Part shown: one piece after another, positions 48,860-62,509 of the stretch
How the letters are laid out: the number at the start of each line of letters is the position of its first letter
Position numbering within the stretch: position 1 is the first letter of the stretch
Origin: Callorhinchus milii
Lineage: Eukaryota
Length of the DNA stretch: 64,000 bases
Assembly (NCBI RefSeq): GCF_018977255.1
Contig: NW_024704742.1
Span: forward strand, 25,606,001 to 25,670,000
Reading direction: 5' to 3'
The notes under the pieces: generated by a model
What the model saw: only the letters and a program-made list of their open reading frames with translations
Told to the model about the DNA's origin: nothing
Databases searched by the model: none
Translations under genes and position numbers: made by a program

Positions 48860-49425
48860 ATTGGTGACTATCCTCCTTGGGGAGAGGTAAGCTGAACTGA
48901 CTCCAAGGTGATCTGCCTGGCAACGGAATGTCGGAATCGAGCCTTTTGTGGCGGTCTTGGTAGTCCGATTCCTGAGCCACATTTCCAGGACACTGCTGAT
49001 GACAGCACAGCCAACCTGGCTCATCAGCAGAACCTGGAAGGGCAGACTAGTCACTGGGGCAGGGATTCATCCCACTCAGCTCCTGTTAACCTGCAAGCCA
49101 AAGCCCTAACGGGTAGGGTGGTACGCACCCGCTGCTCGTCCAGGCTCGCTGGGAAAGCGGGAAAGCTTGCCGGACAGCAATATCAATGGCAAGCTATGCG
49201 GTTTCAGCTGGTTAGGTCTCCAGGCAGTACTCCAATGCACATTCTGGGGTCCCCAAGCCTTGACTATTGCCTACATAATACTTTCCAGAATTAGATAAGC
49301 AGGATGTGTCCCTCCAGGGAAAGAGTGCACTCCATTCCAATAATCTATCTCTGGGATTTCCATGTGTGGATGGGATGCATGGAAATCTCAGTTAAGTTAG
49401 GCTACTTTTAAGCATGGTGATGGGT
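48860..49425 (+). repeat. Family X, longest copy
   Basis: Contains the blocks shared with 3820, 9360, 35585, 41583 and 62510. Confidence 0.85.
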
Positions 49426-50709
49426 TTCTGAATTTGTCAGGCACTGGCTGACCACCAAAAAAAAATTGGGGAGTGTGAGTGTTGCTCATGTAATAAATGT
49501 GAGCCCAGCATTATGTGTGAGATAAAGTGAGTTTGCTGAACATTACCAGTTAGGTTGTCATTGAAAGCATTTTTTTTCCTCTTTTCAAGGTATTAACTTG
49601 CTGAGATAAGATTTCCTGAATGCTGGATGCTCTTTGATACATCGCTCAAGCGGACAATCTTTATAAAGGAGTCGAGATGCTGAATATCAAAAGGCTATTT
49701 CAATCACGGAGGGTATAAAATCTGAGCCTGATTCCTGTTTTCAACTGATTTCAATATTGGGTCCATTTCCAGCAAGCTTCACTAAAGAGCAATCAAGAAC
49801 AAGAACTCTATCTTTTTTAATTGGCTAATCAATTTTATCTCTAATAATAATCCTTGCTTTTGATATAGCGCCTTATCACGTCTTCGAGGCATCTCAAAGC
49901 GCTTCACAGAATACACTGTAAAGTGAATTGACTGTATATTTTGTGGGCGCAATAATGAATGATACTGAAGCCAATTGTAGTGCTCTGAATGCTGCCTCTG
50001 CAGGTACCAGTTCCACATCTACTGTGCACTTACTACCAAATCACTGGGAGGTGGGAGGGGGAAGGGGTCTGTTGACACTTGACAGAGAATCAAAATCATA
50101 GTCACGTAGCTGTTGGGAACAAATTGGGTCTTGACAATCAATTGCTCCTCTCTATATCAATAGACTGAATCAGAAACATTCAGCATAGTATTTACATTAC
50201 TCCAACAAGACTGCAATGGGACGCATAAATGTGAAACATTGAGGCATGTGTTTGAAGAGTATAATTCAACCTCAGGGTCTGGATGGCATTATAAACAGAT
50301 CAGCTTTCATCTTGTGGTTTGTTATGTTATCTAAACCCCGAGATTGTGTTGCAGGACGTAACCATGCCCATGTTATGCTATACACCATATAGGATGTTGC
50401 TTGAGATTGCCTGTTGATGGTATCTCAACCTTTGTGACAAGTTAAGAAAAAATAATTTGCATTTTTATAGCATCTCATATATCAAAATATCTCAAAGTGC
50501 TTAACCGCAATCATTGTCAAGTACAGCGACTATTTTGTAGTCAAACGACAGGCATTTGGAATATCCCCTAGAACTATACTGCAGTGTCAGATGAGTTTAT
50601 GAGGTCAAGACTTGAAGGTTGAACCCCCAACCTCCTGACTCAGAGGCAAGAGTGCTACCAGCTGAGCCAGACTGACACCTAACTTCATTCTACTTTAAGT
50701 ACACATTAC

Positions 50710-51000
50710 AATAATAACCATTCCATTTGATATAGAGCTTATAACATAAAAATGTCTCAAAGTGCTTCACAAGGAATTGCTGTCAAGTTTAGTCCTGTGT
50801 ATCTGGAGGCAGATGTGCAGCCAATTTGGAACAGCAATGTCTCACTAATAGCCGTAAGGTACATGATCAACTTATCTGGAGGATTCATGGCCAGGAAACT
50901 CCCTAGCCTTTTTAAACAGTGCCGTAGTGTCTTTAACATCCACCTGAATAGGAAGCCAGGACTTTTATAGTTTAATCTGAAGAATGGTACCTCTTGCGAT
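50710..51000 (-). mobile_element. Deu SINE, old
   Basis: Tail, gcagccaatttg, tggccagga, tctttaacatccacctgaa. Confidence 0.72.
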
Positions 51001-51023
51001 GGTTCTCACTCCTTGATGTACAT

Positions 51024-51385
51024 GGAGTCCTGTAGTTGAGTGGTTGAGCACTCGCCTCGCAAGCGAGAGACCTGAGTTCTACTCTTGGCAGGGTGAAATG
51101 TTGAGCAAGTTTCCTCACTCCACACGCCTCTGTTTGCCTAGCAGTAAGTAGGAACCCAGTTGTTAGTCGATTGGCAGATCACTTTTCTAGGAAAAATAAT
51201 CCCTCAAGAAAAAAACAATAATAATTTGGTCACAACTGTTTGTGGGACACTGCTGTGCGTAATTGGCTGCTGCGTTTTGCCCACAAATATACAGTCAATT
51301 CACTTTACAGTATGTTCTGTGAAGCGCTTTGAGATGTCTAGAAGATGTAATAAGCGCTATATCAAATGCAAGGATTATTATTATT
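51024..51385 (+). mobile_element. SINE family A, full length, long subfamily
   Basis: ggagtcctgtag head, long central block, tail caaatgcaaggattattattatt. Confidence 0.92.
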
Positions 51386-51605
51386 TTGTGTAAATTTTAG
51401 TAACGGTTTCATACTAAGTGGCCTCTGTTCTCTCCTAATCCTGTCAGTGTGAGTCCCTGTTCTAAGGTGGCTCAACTGAGTCAGAATTAGACACTCAGAC
51501 TGGTATTCATAGTTAATTCCAATGCCCGGTAACTGGAATGTCTAATCAGAACTCTAATGTTAACAGCTGCTCTCTGACCTGCTTACCTCTTTTCTTGTTT
51601 TAGCA

Positions 51606-52108
51606 TATTACAGAGACTCGCGGATACATTCTGTGGAAAACAAAAGCTCTTTATTAAGACCTAGTAATTTTAGGCTACCTTGTGTATAAAGAATACAACC
51701 ATGTAATATAAACAATAATGGGATCAAATATAACTAACACATATAACTATACAACTAGCGGCACAATACTACATTAGTAAAGAGGCTTCAACCAACCCGA
51801 CAGTACAGTAGTCCTGTACAGCCAGTATGTACCGGGTGATGATCATTAGCTAGCGACCACGAGGAGCGCTGAGCATTGCCTTTTATTGGCAGGTGGCTCC
51901 ACCCACAATATGATGCGAACGCGAGGGGCTTTTTCCCACGCGAGCACCCACGTGTTATTCACTTTCCAGACTGCGTGTTAACTGCCTGTTTATCAAGCAG
52001 CCTTGAGCCTAGATATTATTGCAGCTTGGGCACCTGCTCTGTTCGCTAAGTCTTTTGCAAGCAATTTCTGAAACATCAATGAAAACAGGCCTCCATTTCC
52101 CTTCAATA
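51606..52108 (-). mobile_element. Possible solo LTR (about 500 bp)
   Basis: CpG-retaining block with TATT...AATA ends (possibly decayed TGTT...AACA), minus-strand AATAAA about 45 nt from the 3' end, and a central AATAAAAG/TATA-like site at about 51885. No clear TSD. Confidence 0.4.
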
Positions 52109-52974
52109 TTATATATTATATATATATTATTTACACATTACTAAGGATTGCAAAAGCAGGGTAACCGTGACACTCTGTCAATGCAACGTTTCCCCCAGTA
52201 CTACACTGGAGTATCAGCCTAGACCGTGAACTCAAATGCCTCATGTGGATTTGACCCGAGCTGTACACCATGTGCTTTCATCTTCTGATATGAGATTCAA
52301 AATAACCCCAAACAATTGTTTTATGTTGAGGTTTTTTTTAAACAACGATGTGTAAATGCACAAGGAAAAAATATGCAAAATGATTTGGTAAAATTATTTT
52401 GCATGCCAGTGTTTTAGCACCTGTACAATTATTAAACAAATACATTTATAGGACCCTTAACATAGTGATAGATATTATGAATGAAAAATATTTATTCAAT
52501 GGTGTGTCTAAGGTGGCGAAGCTTATTTTTTGAACTACTGATTGCTACTAATCTGTGAGGTCCTGGATATTTTCCACTCCAATAGGTAAATGAGAGAGCA
52601 GAGAGACTGAATGTGACATGAACCAAAGGAACCTTATGGAGAATGTCAGCTTTTTATCACTGGTATCAGGCTTTTCAGGCAATCACAGCAAATTCCTATA
52701 TTGTATCTAGAATAACAGGCGCTTGGGTGTGTGCTGCCACATTTTTGCAAGATCTCTGAAGGCAACTTTTGTTGAATAGGTTGGAGATCAGTCTGAAGAC
52801 AGACCGACACCATATAAAGAAAGTGGGAGTATCCAGGCCAAACCGCAAATCTAATGTAAGATTTAAATTCTATTTCCTCTGAAAAACAAAAGTCGATTCT
52901 AAGAAGGCCTCACAAAAGTTAATCAATGATCATTATAATAAAATTATAACCTGGAGTTACAACCTATGGCTAGC

Positions 52975-53390
52975 AATAGAATGACTGTATATTTTGTAGG
53001 CAAATGCAGCAGCCAATTTGCATGCAGCATTGTCCCCCAAACAGCCAAGAAGAAAATGATGAATTTTATCTGGAGGATCATTGGCCAGGACACCAGGACA
53101 CCAGGAGAAGCAATGGGATCTTTAATATTTACCTGGAGATGTAAACTGAACTTATATTTAAACATCTAATCTTATGGATGACAACTCTGACAATTCGGCA
53201 CTCTCCCTGCACTGGGAAACTAATGTGAGGGTTCGTTAGTAAGCGCTTTTAGACGCTGTCTGGCTTGACCTGCACTATATAAATGCAAGTTGTTGTTGTT
53301 GTTGTATCAGCCTAGAATATAAATTCAAAGTCCCAATCTGGAGCTGGAGCCCACAAGCTTCTGGCTCAGAGGTGAGAGTGCTTCCATCAC
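52975..53390 (-). mobile_element. Deu SINE with an antisense L2 tail stub (about 53218-53304)
   Basis: ttggccaggacaccagg...atgggatctttaa...; head tcagcctaga...tctggctcagaggtgagagtgct resumes after the (ttg)n stub. Confidence 0.78.
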
Positions 53391-54214
53391 CTTATCGGAG
53401 ATTATTTATGAAGCCCTTTGAGATGTTTCGATGTTATATGCACTGTGTAATCGAATGGAAGGTCTTCTTATCATTAAAGACGGTACCTTATAGCAAAATA
53501 GAGGTGAGATAATTGAAATGTAGGCTATGTCCTGATTCATACAATGAGTGAAAAGATGAAGGTTAGTCACTATGAGGTGTGGGAACTAATATGAGGGATC
53601 ATCACTCTGTGGTCAGGAAACCAATATCCTTATAATTAGTTCCTCTAACATAGAAATTAAAAATTGGTGATATAAGTTGACCAGTTTGCATATAAATTGG
53701 AAAGTCATCACTGTGATTAGTCACACTGGGGTTTGTATGGGAGCTGGCAGCACTGAACAAGAACATACAATTAAATGAGTGCTGAAGCCATGTGAATTAC
53801 AAAAGAAAATGATCGTTCTGATTAGTCAGTATAACATGAGACATATGCAGTAAGAGAGGAAGTGGTGTGACTCAACCACATATCCTTGTTGCATTCAAAA
53901 CCAGTCTAACTGAATGTTGGGTGGAATTACTTACAAATCCATCCCCACCCAGGTTCAGACACTGCTAAACAAGCTCCAATTTAAGATCATCATCCATAAT
54001 ATTCGCTTTATGAAAGTAATCCTTAAACAGTGGTGGGAAAATGTGACGTTCATACCCGATTCAATATGATATCTAATCAGTTACTTAGCTACACATATTT
54101 CATTCCAATTTCCAACACAGCTGAATGTGTCTTTTAATTTAGAGTTTAAAGGAATTGATTTTCCCCGGAAACTAATTATACTAACTATGTCTAACATTTT
54201 GTGATAGGCATAGT

Positions 54215-54500
54215 CCTTGGATGAGTTGTTAAAACAAGGTTTTGTCTGCCTGTTCAGGTAGATGTTAAAGATCCCATGACACAATTCAGAAAGAGAATGA
54301 AGTTTCTCTCCATGTCCCAGCTAACTATTTCACATAAAAAATGGATTATTCACTTTATGGCTGTTTGTGGGAATTGGCTGTAAATTAACTGCTACCTTTG
54401 CCTATGAAATACAGTCATTACATTTTTTACAGAAAATCCTTTGAAGAGCTTTGAGACATCCCCTCCATAAAAGGCACGATATTAAATGTAAGGATTAGTA
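54215..54500 (+). mobile_element. Deu SINE, 5' truncated
   Basis: ggatgagttgttaaaacaagg...gtctgcctgttcaggtagatgttaaagatcccatgacac. Confidence 0.82.
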
Positions 54501-54794
54501 TTATCATGATGTTATTACACGTTTTAATCACTTGAAACCCAATGTGTGTTCTCCCTATGCAGCCCAGTCTGGAGCAAACTACAGTGACCCCCGCCAGCTT
54601 ACTAGACTCTGGAAATTGTATCTTGCCGGACCGGGCCTGAAATGGAATTTTAAAAAATCCGCAGCCCACATGTGTGTAGACTTCTACCAGCTCCATTCCT
54701 AGCATGCCCCACCCCTCCCCCCGCCTCACCATCCCTGCCATCCTTCAGTGACTAGGGATATTGACTTTGTCTCAATTTTAAGGATATTCATTTT

Positions 54795-54990
54795 GCCTCT
54801 GTTTACTTAACAGTAAGTAGGAACCTGGCTGTTGGTTGATTGGCGGATGGCTTTTCCGGGGGTAATAATTCCTTCAAAGAAAATATTAGTTTGGTCACTC
54901 AATCCATGACTGTTTGTGGGACACTGCTGTTGTCTCGCAATTGGCTGCCATGTTTCGCCCAAAATATTTCGCCCAGGATTATTATTATTA
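54795..54990 (+). mobile_element. SINE A long subfamily, internally deleted fragment
   Basis: gcctctgtttac..agtaagtaggaacc...; jumps from tttcgccc to aggattattatt. Confidence 0.85.
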
Positions 54991-57900
54991 TTTGAATCCT
55001 GCAAACAAAAGATAGCTTATTCACTGTCTTCTGCTAACAGGATTCAAACACTGATGGTATTGACATTTAACAGCATTTTTTGGCTCTGAAACAAAATTGC
55101 CGCCGAAAAAAGCTGGTAAATGCCAGTACATTTCCAAAGACCCTCTCTGATGACAGTGCCAAAACATGAATTTTGTAGAAGGAAAAATGGGAGGTGTTCT
55201 GTCTGTCATTGGAATCATGATGTACTTCATCTAATGACATGTGTGTGGATAGCCAACAGAAACAAGATCAAACCGTTCCATTTTTATCTGCACTGACACA
55301 ACACGATAGGAATGTTGGCTAAAAGTGCTTTGCTAGCACATACGTGGAAAACTAATCTCCTTACAAAATCCTCATAATTTGCAGTCTTTAGCTCAATACG
55401 AATTTCATAACAGTGAATGATTTAAAATTATTTGTTCAAGTGTGAATATTGCAAGCTATAAAGTAGGGTCTTGTGGTTTGAATGGAGCCAAAGGGAATTA
55501 ATCTTGCACCAAATGGTTAGAGAGGACTCATTGTGGCCACGGATTTCATAGGCAGCTATCAATGATGAGGAACATATTTCCTATTTTATAAATGCCATAT
55601 TTCTTGCGTGCACTAGGGCGGTAAGGATTTTTTTATGGGCAGCTCATTAGTATACTTTTTGTAAACACTGTTTTTCATTTCTGTGGTCTTCTTTCCTGGA
55701 TAAATCATGGAAATTTTGAATCAGACTTAGGGAACGGGAGAGTGAGAAGGGAAGAAATGCTTTTGCGTGAGTACCAGTAATTACACTCACTGAGGCTAGT
55801 GGAAAACTTAGAAAATAATCACTGTGTTCTTTCCTATGTATCTCTTTCACCCTGGGTCTATCGTTTTCTACTTGGATTTTCTTGGCTTTGCTTTAGTCTC
55901 AGTCCCTAAGGATTTGGATTTGGGCAATTGAGAGAGTGCGATACTGTAATTCAGCCCGTCATCATGTGTCCTGTGTGATTCAATCTCACATGCAATTCTC
56001 TCTCTTTCTGTTCAAAGCTCTCGTGCCAATCTCACTCTTAATAACCAATTTTGTTCTTTGGCAGCAATTGAATGCCTGGACAGTGCTATACGTTAATTCC
56101 TTTATTTATGTGAGGGGTGGAGCTGGTTGGGGTTGCGGGGGGGAGGGCGAAGTTGTAATGAGAAAAATATAAGAGGAAAATTTTACTATTTCTACAAATG
56201 GATTCCATTCCTTAATTAATTCTTTAATGTTCTATTGATTGGACAGAAAATGTGGTTCAAATCAGTCCATAATGATAGGTTTGGAAGTGATTCAATGCAG
56301 TTCATCTCCAGCACTGCATTACAGTGTCAACCTTGACTATTAGAATTCAAAGTTCTTACATGGGGCTTGAACCCACAACCTTTATGACGCAGAGACCAAC
56401 GTGCTACCAACTGAGCTAAACTGGCACTTGCTAGCCAACTAAAAAATAATTTTGGTGACTAAAAATTGACCATACTTTGAGGTAATTTACTCTTTTGCTA
56501 AATGTACCCTTAGTTTCCTAGGACGTCAGCGGCTTTCTGATAATATGTTATCTTGAAGATCTTCCTCTTTGACCATGCTCTGCCACTGTCAAGCGCTCTG
56601 GGACGCTATCCTGCCTGAGGGGCTCTATATAAATGCAGGTTATTGTTGTTCAAGTAGTCATTCTCCATATGTAATTATATGGAGTGAGGCTATTTTGACT
56701 GTGGGCTATCATAGCTTGATTCCTGACACAAACAAATAAGACAAGCAAACACAAACACAAAGATCATTGCTGGTGAAGTCGTCAATTGGCAAGATTCAGT
56801 GGCCATTTGATATCTAATTTAGCTAAGAAATGGATAAGTTGTTTTATTTAATGGCTCTGCCAAATTGACTAATATATTTGTTTGCCAATGACCTCCCTGC
56901 TGACAGTGAGTTCTGTTTGACTGTCAATGGGCAGGATAGATATAGAGTAGAACTTTCCAAATGTCCTTAATTTGCTGCTATCTCTGAGTTTCTGTCAGTA
57001 ACATTTTACTTTGATCTCCAGTAATTCAGCTCCCTTTTCTGGTAAGTTTATCCAAATGGTGGCCTCCTTCAATATAAGCATCTGGAACATGTGATGGATG
57101 TACTCCTTTATTGCCTGTTATTATTACTCTGACTCTGTCATGTGCACAATCCAGATATACAGGGTAACCAAAAAGCTGAGATACCGTTACAATGTCTAAT
57201 AAGTCTTAAAGAAATTATGTTTTTTTTAGATAATAGTGTCAATAATATCACAACTTTTTGGTCACCTTGTATACCTTCCATTATTTCTGGTTGATATTAA
57301 CAGTTGAGTAATTTGTAACGCAAAACACTGAGAAACATCACTTTAACATCACCCTTAGAATATCTCCATGGGAAGAGAAGGGTAACAAGGAAAGAAAAAC
57401 GTCAGCCTTCCTGTCTACAATTGATTTTGCTCTGGGCAAAAAGGTCAGTATTGGTTTTATACTTGTTGAAATACATAAAAATACAGGGTAGTTGGCTGAT
57501 AATGTTCCCCACTATATTTTCTGATTTTCCGCAGTTTCTGATGTGATTCATGTTCCTTCAGTACAACTCACTCTGATATTGAAATGTTGATCAGCATTAC
57601 TGTATGAAATCCATATGCAAATCCATGAAATTTATATCTCACAGTCTGTCAAACATACAGATCAACATAATGTATCATAGTCCTGCAACTAGTGTCTTTC
57701 CTTTGGGTGGATTTGCATTTTCCAACAAAATACATAGTTTCTACAACTTACAGTAAAATCCTATTAAGTGTTTAAGATGCTTAGAATTACATGATAAGCG
57801 CACCCCCTAAATTAGAAGTATTATCATTTATTATTAAATATTTGATATCCTGGAACATATACAACAACAACTTGCACTTATATAGCACCCTCCACAAAGT

Positions 57901-57994
57901 ACAGCGTCTCAGAGTGCTTCTGCTTCATGTTGACGCAAATCATTTATGCTTTTGCCTGTAATGTATTTATTATATTAGAAACAATTAACCTTAC

Positions 57995-58590
57995 AATAAT
58001 ATTCCTTGCATTTGATGAAGTGCCTTATCACATCATTGAAATGTCTCAAACTGCTTCACAGGATTATTGTTGTGAAGTGTAGTGTCTGTACATTTGGAGT
58101 TAAATACACCAGCCAATTTTCACACAGCAATGTCCCACAATTACCTTGAAGTGAATGGTCAGTTTTAACTGGAGGATTGTTGACTAGGACGCTGGGAGAA
58201 ATTCTCTGTTCTTGGATTCATATTTCAGTCTGGTTTAGTTGGTAGCAAACTTGCCTGAGTCAGATGGTTGTTGGTTGAAAGCCTTATTTTGACTGGAAAG
58301 TCTACGTTGATGGTCCAGTGCAGTAGTGGGGGAACACTACTTTGTCGGGGGGTGGGGGGGTGGTGGGAGGTGGCTGAGACTTTAAACCAAATAATCCTGT
58401 CTGCTCATTCAAGTGGATGCTAGAGAGCCATGACACTCTTCAAAAACAGGAGGGAGTTTGAGGGACCTCTGTGTGCAAATTGGTTGTTGTGTTTGTCTAT
58501 AAGTACAGTCACTACATTTTATAGTAATTACCCGTGAATCATTTTGGAACATTTCAAAATTATAGGTGCTGTGTCAAAGTCAAGGATATT
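57995..58590. mobile_element. Two Deu SINEs head-to-head (57995-58215 minus, 58225-58590 plus)
   Basis: Tails at both outer ends; Deu head and core blocks recognisable though diverged. Confidence 0.68.
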
Positions 58591-60224
58591 AGTTGGCTAA
58601 TACGAGGTGCAAGTGTTGTTTCATGTTGGAATCATCCTTTATGTGGGTATTTTCAGGTCGCGCCTGAAGACCTTCCTCGTCGATCGTGCCTAGGGTCAAC
58701 TACCCCCTCCCCCAGCTCGGCGTTGTGCACCACAACTGTCAAGCGCTCTGAAACCTACCCTGCGTGAGGGGTGTTATATAAATGCAAGTTCTTGTTGTTA
58801 TTTGGTCAGGGCTACAAGGACTCAAATCCAGGTCAGATAAGGAACAAATGTTTTTTCTTACTCGGAAGACTCATTCAGATGCGGGTGAAATCCAGTGTGC
58901 AATGCGCTGAGGCTTGGACAGTGCTTGGACTCTCTCAGTGCATTGCACAGAAGTCATCAGTACAAAGATTCCCAAATTCAGCAACCATGCTGAGTGAGGA
59001 TCTGGGAAGTGGAAATATACTCCTCTAAAAGGGAACACCGCCTCAGGCTGCAGACAAAACCTTTATTAGGGTAATGTAGGAGCAATACACAGCGGTCAGA
59101 ATGACCTGTGACCATCTGAAAAATAGAAACATAGGCATTTCCAGCACTGAATAAAGTCTGTACCTGCAGAACAGGAAACACAGAGTTATATTGTTACACT
59201 GCAAACATCATGTTAAACTGGTGCCTGTGGGAGAAAGGTGGGGGAAAGTATCCTGGGGTTAACCTCACATGCATGTGCAGTGCCTTGCTCACTGACATCT
59301 GAATTCTGCTTACATTTTGAGGGCAGGCAAACAGCTGGTGGGATTATCACATCCTTTGTGACATAAAAATGTAAGGGCCGTGCAATGACTGAAGGAATTC
59401 TACAGCACAAATGGCTTTTTAAGAATATTCACCGACTTTTTTGTCAACGTGCACTTAATTACTATATGGGCAAATTAGATAACATTTAATAGTCAGGTGG
59501 CTGCAAATCTAAACAGCAGGGCACATGGCACTCAAATGTAATTCATTTGGGCTGGCTATTTGCCAAAAGACTCCCTTTGAAATATTCTCCTTACCGGAGA
59601 CTGTGGAACAGTCTATTAAAGATAGTATCAGGCTTGTCTGAATATTCTGTATAAGTGGTTCACTACAATTGTACAGTCTGCCCCTCCTGTTAACAGGGGT
59701 GAAACTATCCTGTCTTGGGACAGCCAATGCTCAGCCTGTTATTGTATTACCAATCAATCACAGACTAACATTTTCAGGTTTTAATTCTGCTCCTTTAGCA
59801 TTTACTGTATCATCTTCAGTAACTACTCACTCATTGTGCACTAAAGCTGAAACTGCTGTCTGTCATTTAAAAAACATGCACTTTGTTAAACAGACAACAG
59901 AGAGCAAACACAATGATTAATGTGTGCGTTGGTGTGACCCGGATTAAGAAAAGTTGCTTGTGGAGGTAGGTGCATTCCAGCCTGATATTACCAAAATAGA
60001 CACTAAGCTGTGAACAGTGGCACCAGTGCTTCGCTGCAAACTGGTAGGTATTGAGTTGAATGAGGTGAGGGAGGGAGGGAGCGAGTCAGAAGGGGTCCTT
60101 GTGCCTAAGTGGAGTATGAACGAAGCTCCTTTGCGGAGACACCTACTTTGGTAAGTAAGCTTTTCTGAATCTTGCTTCTGGATAAGAAAGTTGTGGTATG
60201 AAGCCACATTCTATGATGACACTC

Positions 60225-60480
60225 TAGTGAAGTACTGGGTGAGCACTGCCCTGTCAGAGGTGCTGTCCTTCAGATGAGATGCTCCATCAATTTCCAGGGC
60301 AGGCACGGCTGTCCAGATAGATGTTAAAAGTCCTATGCCACTCTTCAAAAGTCAGGATGAAGTTTCTCCCAGCAGCCAGGCCAACAAACCTTCAGATCAA
60401 TTGATCATTCATTCACGGTTGTTTGTGGGACTTTGCAGTGCGCAAAATGGCCAGTGTGTTTGCCAACAAACAACAATACC
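60225..60480 (+). mobile_element. Deu SINE internal fragment
   Basis: gagcactgccctgtcagaggtgctgtccttcagatgagatg...gatgttaaaagtcctatgccactcttc. Confidence 0.78.
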
Positions 60481-62509
60481 TGCACGTGGCAGCAATTACT
60501 GCAACATTCTTTTTGATGTTATAAAAATGTTCTTTTTCAAATCGTTTAATTTCTTCTGGTTACCCCAGTGATCCTCTGAGTAATCACGACCAGGCAAAAG
60601 TTTCCTCCTTGTCGCCATCATGTTGTGGCTCTTCCTGGTGCCCCAAAGAGGGTCTATATATGTGGTTCCACCATCATAGGAGTCAAGTGTTAAGATCTCA
60701 GTAGCCAATCTTTGCAGATGCAGTTTGTGCATTTGATCACTCCTCTGTGAAAATCCTACTTAGCACCTAAAGTCAAGCCTATGACTAATTATGTCTTAAA
60801 CACCATATCAGCACAGCTTCTTCATGGTTCTGAGCTCCTGAACATGCATTGGAGGGGTTTCCTTCATCCTATTTGCCAAGTCCAGGATCAAACATTCAGG
60901 TGGATTTGTGATAAAAAGGGGAGGTGGGGAGGGAGGGTGCTGTGGGACACTGACCCACCACTGAGCACCCTTGTGTCAGAATCAGCTTCAATGTGGATAC
61001 ATCTGTTTACCAAAGCCAGTTTACTCTGGCTTTGGTAAACAGTTTATCTGTTTACTCTGTCCAGTGTGAATATACCTAAAGAATAGTCATGGGTTTCTGC
61101 TTGCATCAGACACCTGGCTGACCAAAGTAAAACATAAATGTTGGAATTTTTTTTCATTGGTGTGTCTTTAAATGAAATAACTGAATAATGCGTGCTTGTA
61201 TCAGACAAAAGGCACAGTGTATAATAGCTGAAATATTTTCAGTCAGCTTCCCTGAAATACTGCACTTTTATGAGATTATTTTGAGAGTCAAAATCATGTG
61301 TCACTTTACATAAATGTTTGGGGAGCACAACTGTATAAATATGGGTCTAAGATGGAGAAAAGTCTACAGCCAAAGTTTTTATTACCCCGATATCAAACAT
61401 TTGATGGCTATAGTTAATCATATAATAGAATAGAGCACATGTTAGAAATTAGAACAAAATTTATTGAGGAATACTGAAAAGAATACAGAATTGAAAGACA
61501 ATTTAATGGCACGGGGTAGGAATGGAAACAATTAAGTCATAAAGGGATAATTTGTAAATAACGTATAGTCTAACTGTCATAACTGTTAAATAAAACCTTA
61601 CATCACTGAAGAGTCTGAATGCATTAGGTAGCTAAGAATGGTTTCTACACAGTTCAGAAATGAAACTTGCTGACATTGTATAAATACAACTCAGACATAT
61701 TCACAATTATACTGTCTCTGCCTGAAGTCTCGGATATTTTGCAATAACTGTAGTTCTTTCTAACTTCACTTCATTAAATAACACTGGCTGAGTTTTACAT
61801 AGATTTACATAGAATATTGCAGCCCGGAAATAGCTCAACTCTTCAACTCAACTAATCTGGGTTTGCACTCCACATGAGTTTCCACCCATCCTAATTCACT
61901 CTTCAATTCCTGTCTAATGCCTTCCCCCTTATGTATCCATTTTTCTTTCACAAACAGATTGAACAGTTCTTTTGTTTGAAGTTGGCCTTCCCTACAAGAA
62001 TTGTATTGAACACTAGTCCTCATTTCAAATCAGAGAATGGATAACAATCCAACCCCACTCAAGAGATTCACAATTATTCTAACCGGTGATCAGGGTCTTG
62101 GCAGAATATAACTTTTAAAGGACTTCTCAGAGACAGGCAATTTCATATAGGTGATACACAGAGGAAACAGATTACAATACAATACAATTTCAATTTATAG
62201 AGAGCCTTTCACATTGAGAAGACTTCTCAAACCGCTTGGCACTGCTGGATGGGCACCCACGCTCGGGGTGGAAGCCAAGGGGGTTGGAAGGGGAAAGATA
62301 ATAATAATTCTTGATATAGTGCATTTATCATGTCTTCTAGCATCGCAAAGTGCTTCGGCAGTTAAGGTGGTAAATTTTGAGATTAGCCCTAAAGAATCAA
62401 AGAATTAACAATCAATGCATCAAAGGAGCAAAGCTGAACTTGCTCAAAAGGAGAAAGCCAATGGGCAGCTCTAACCTATTATTTTTGGTCAGCGAGGTGT
62501 CTGAAATAT

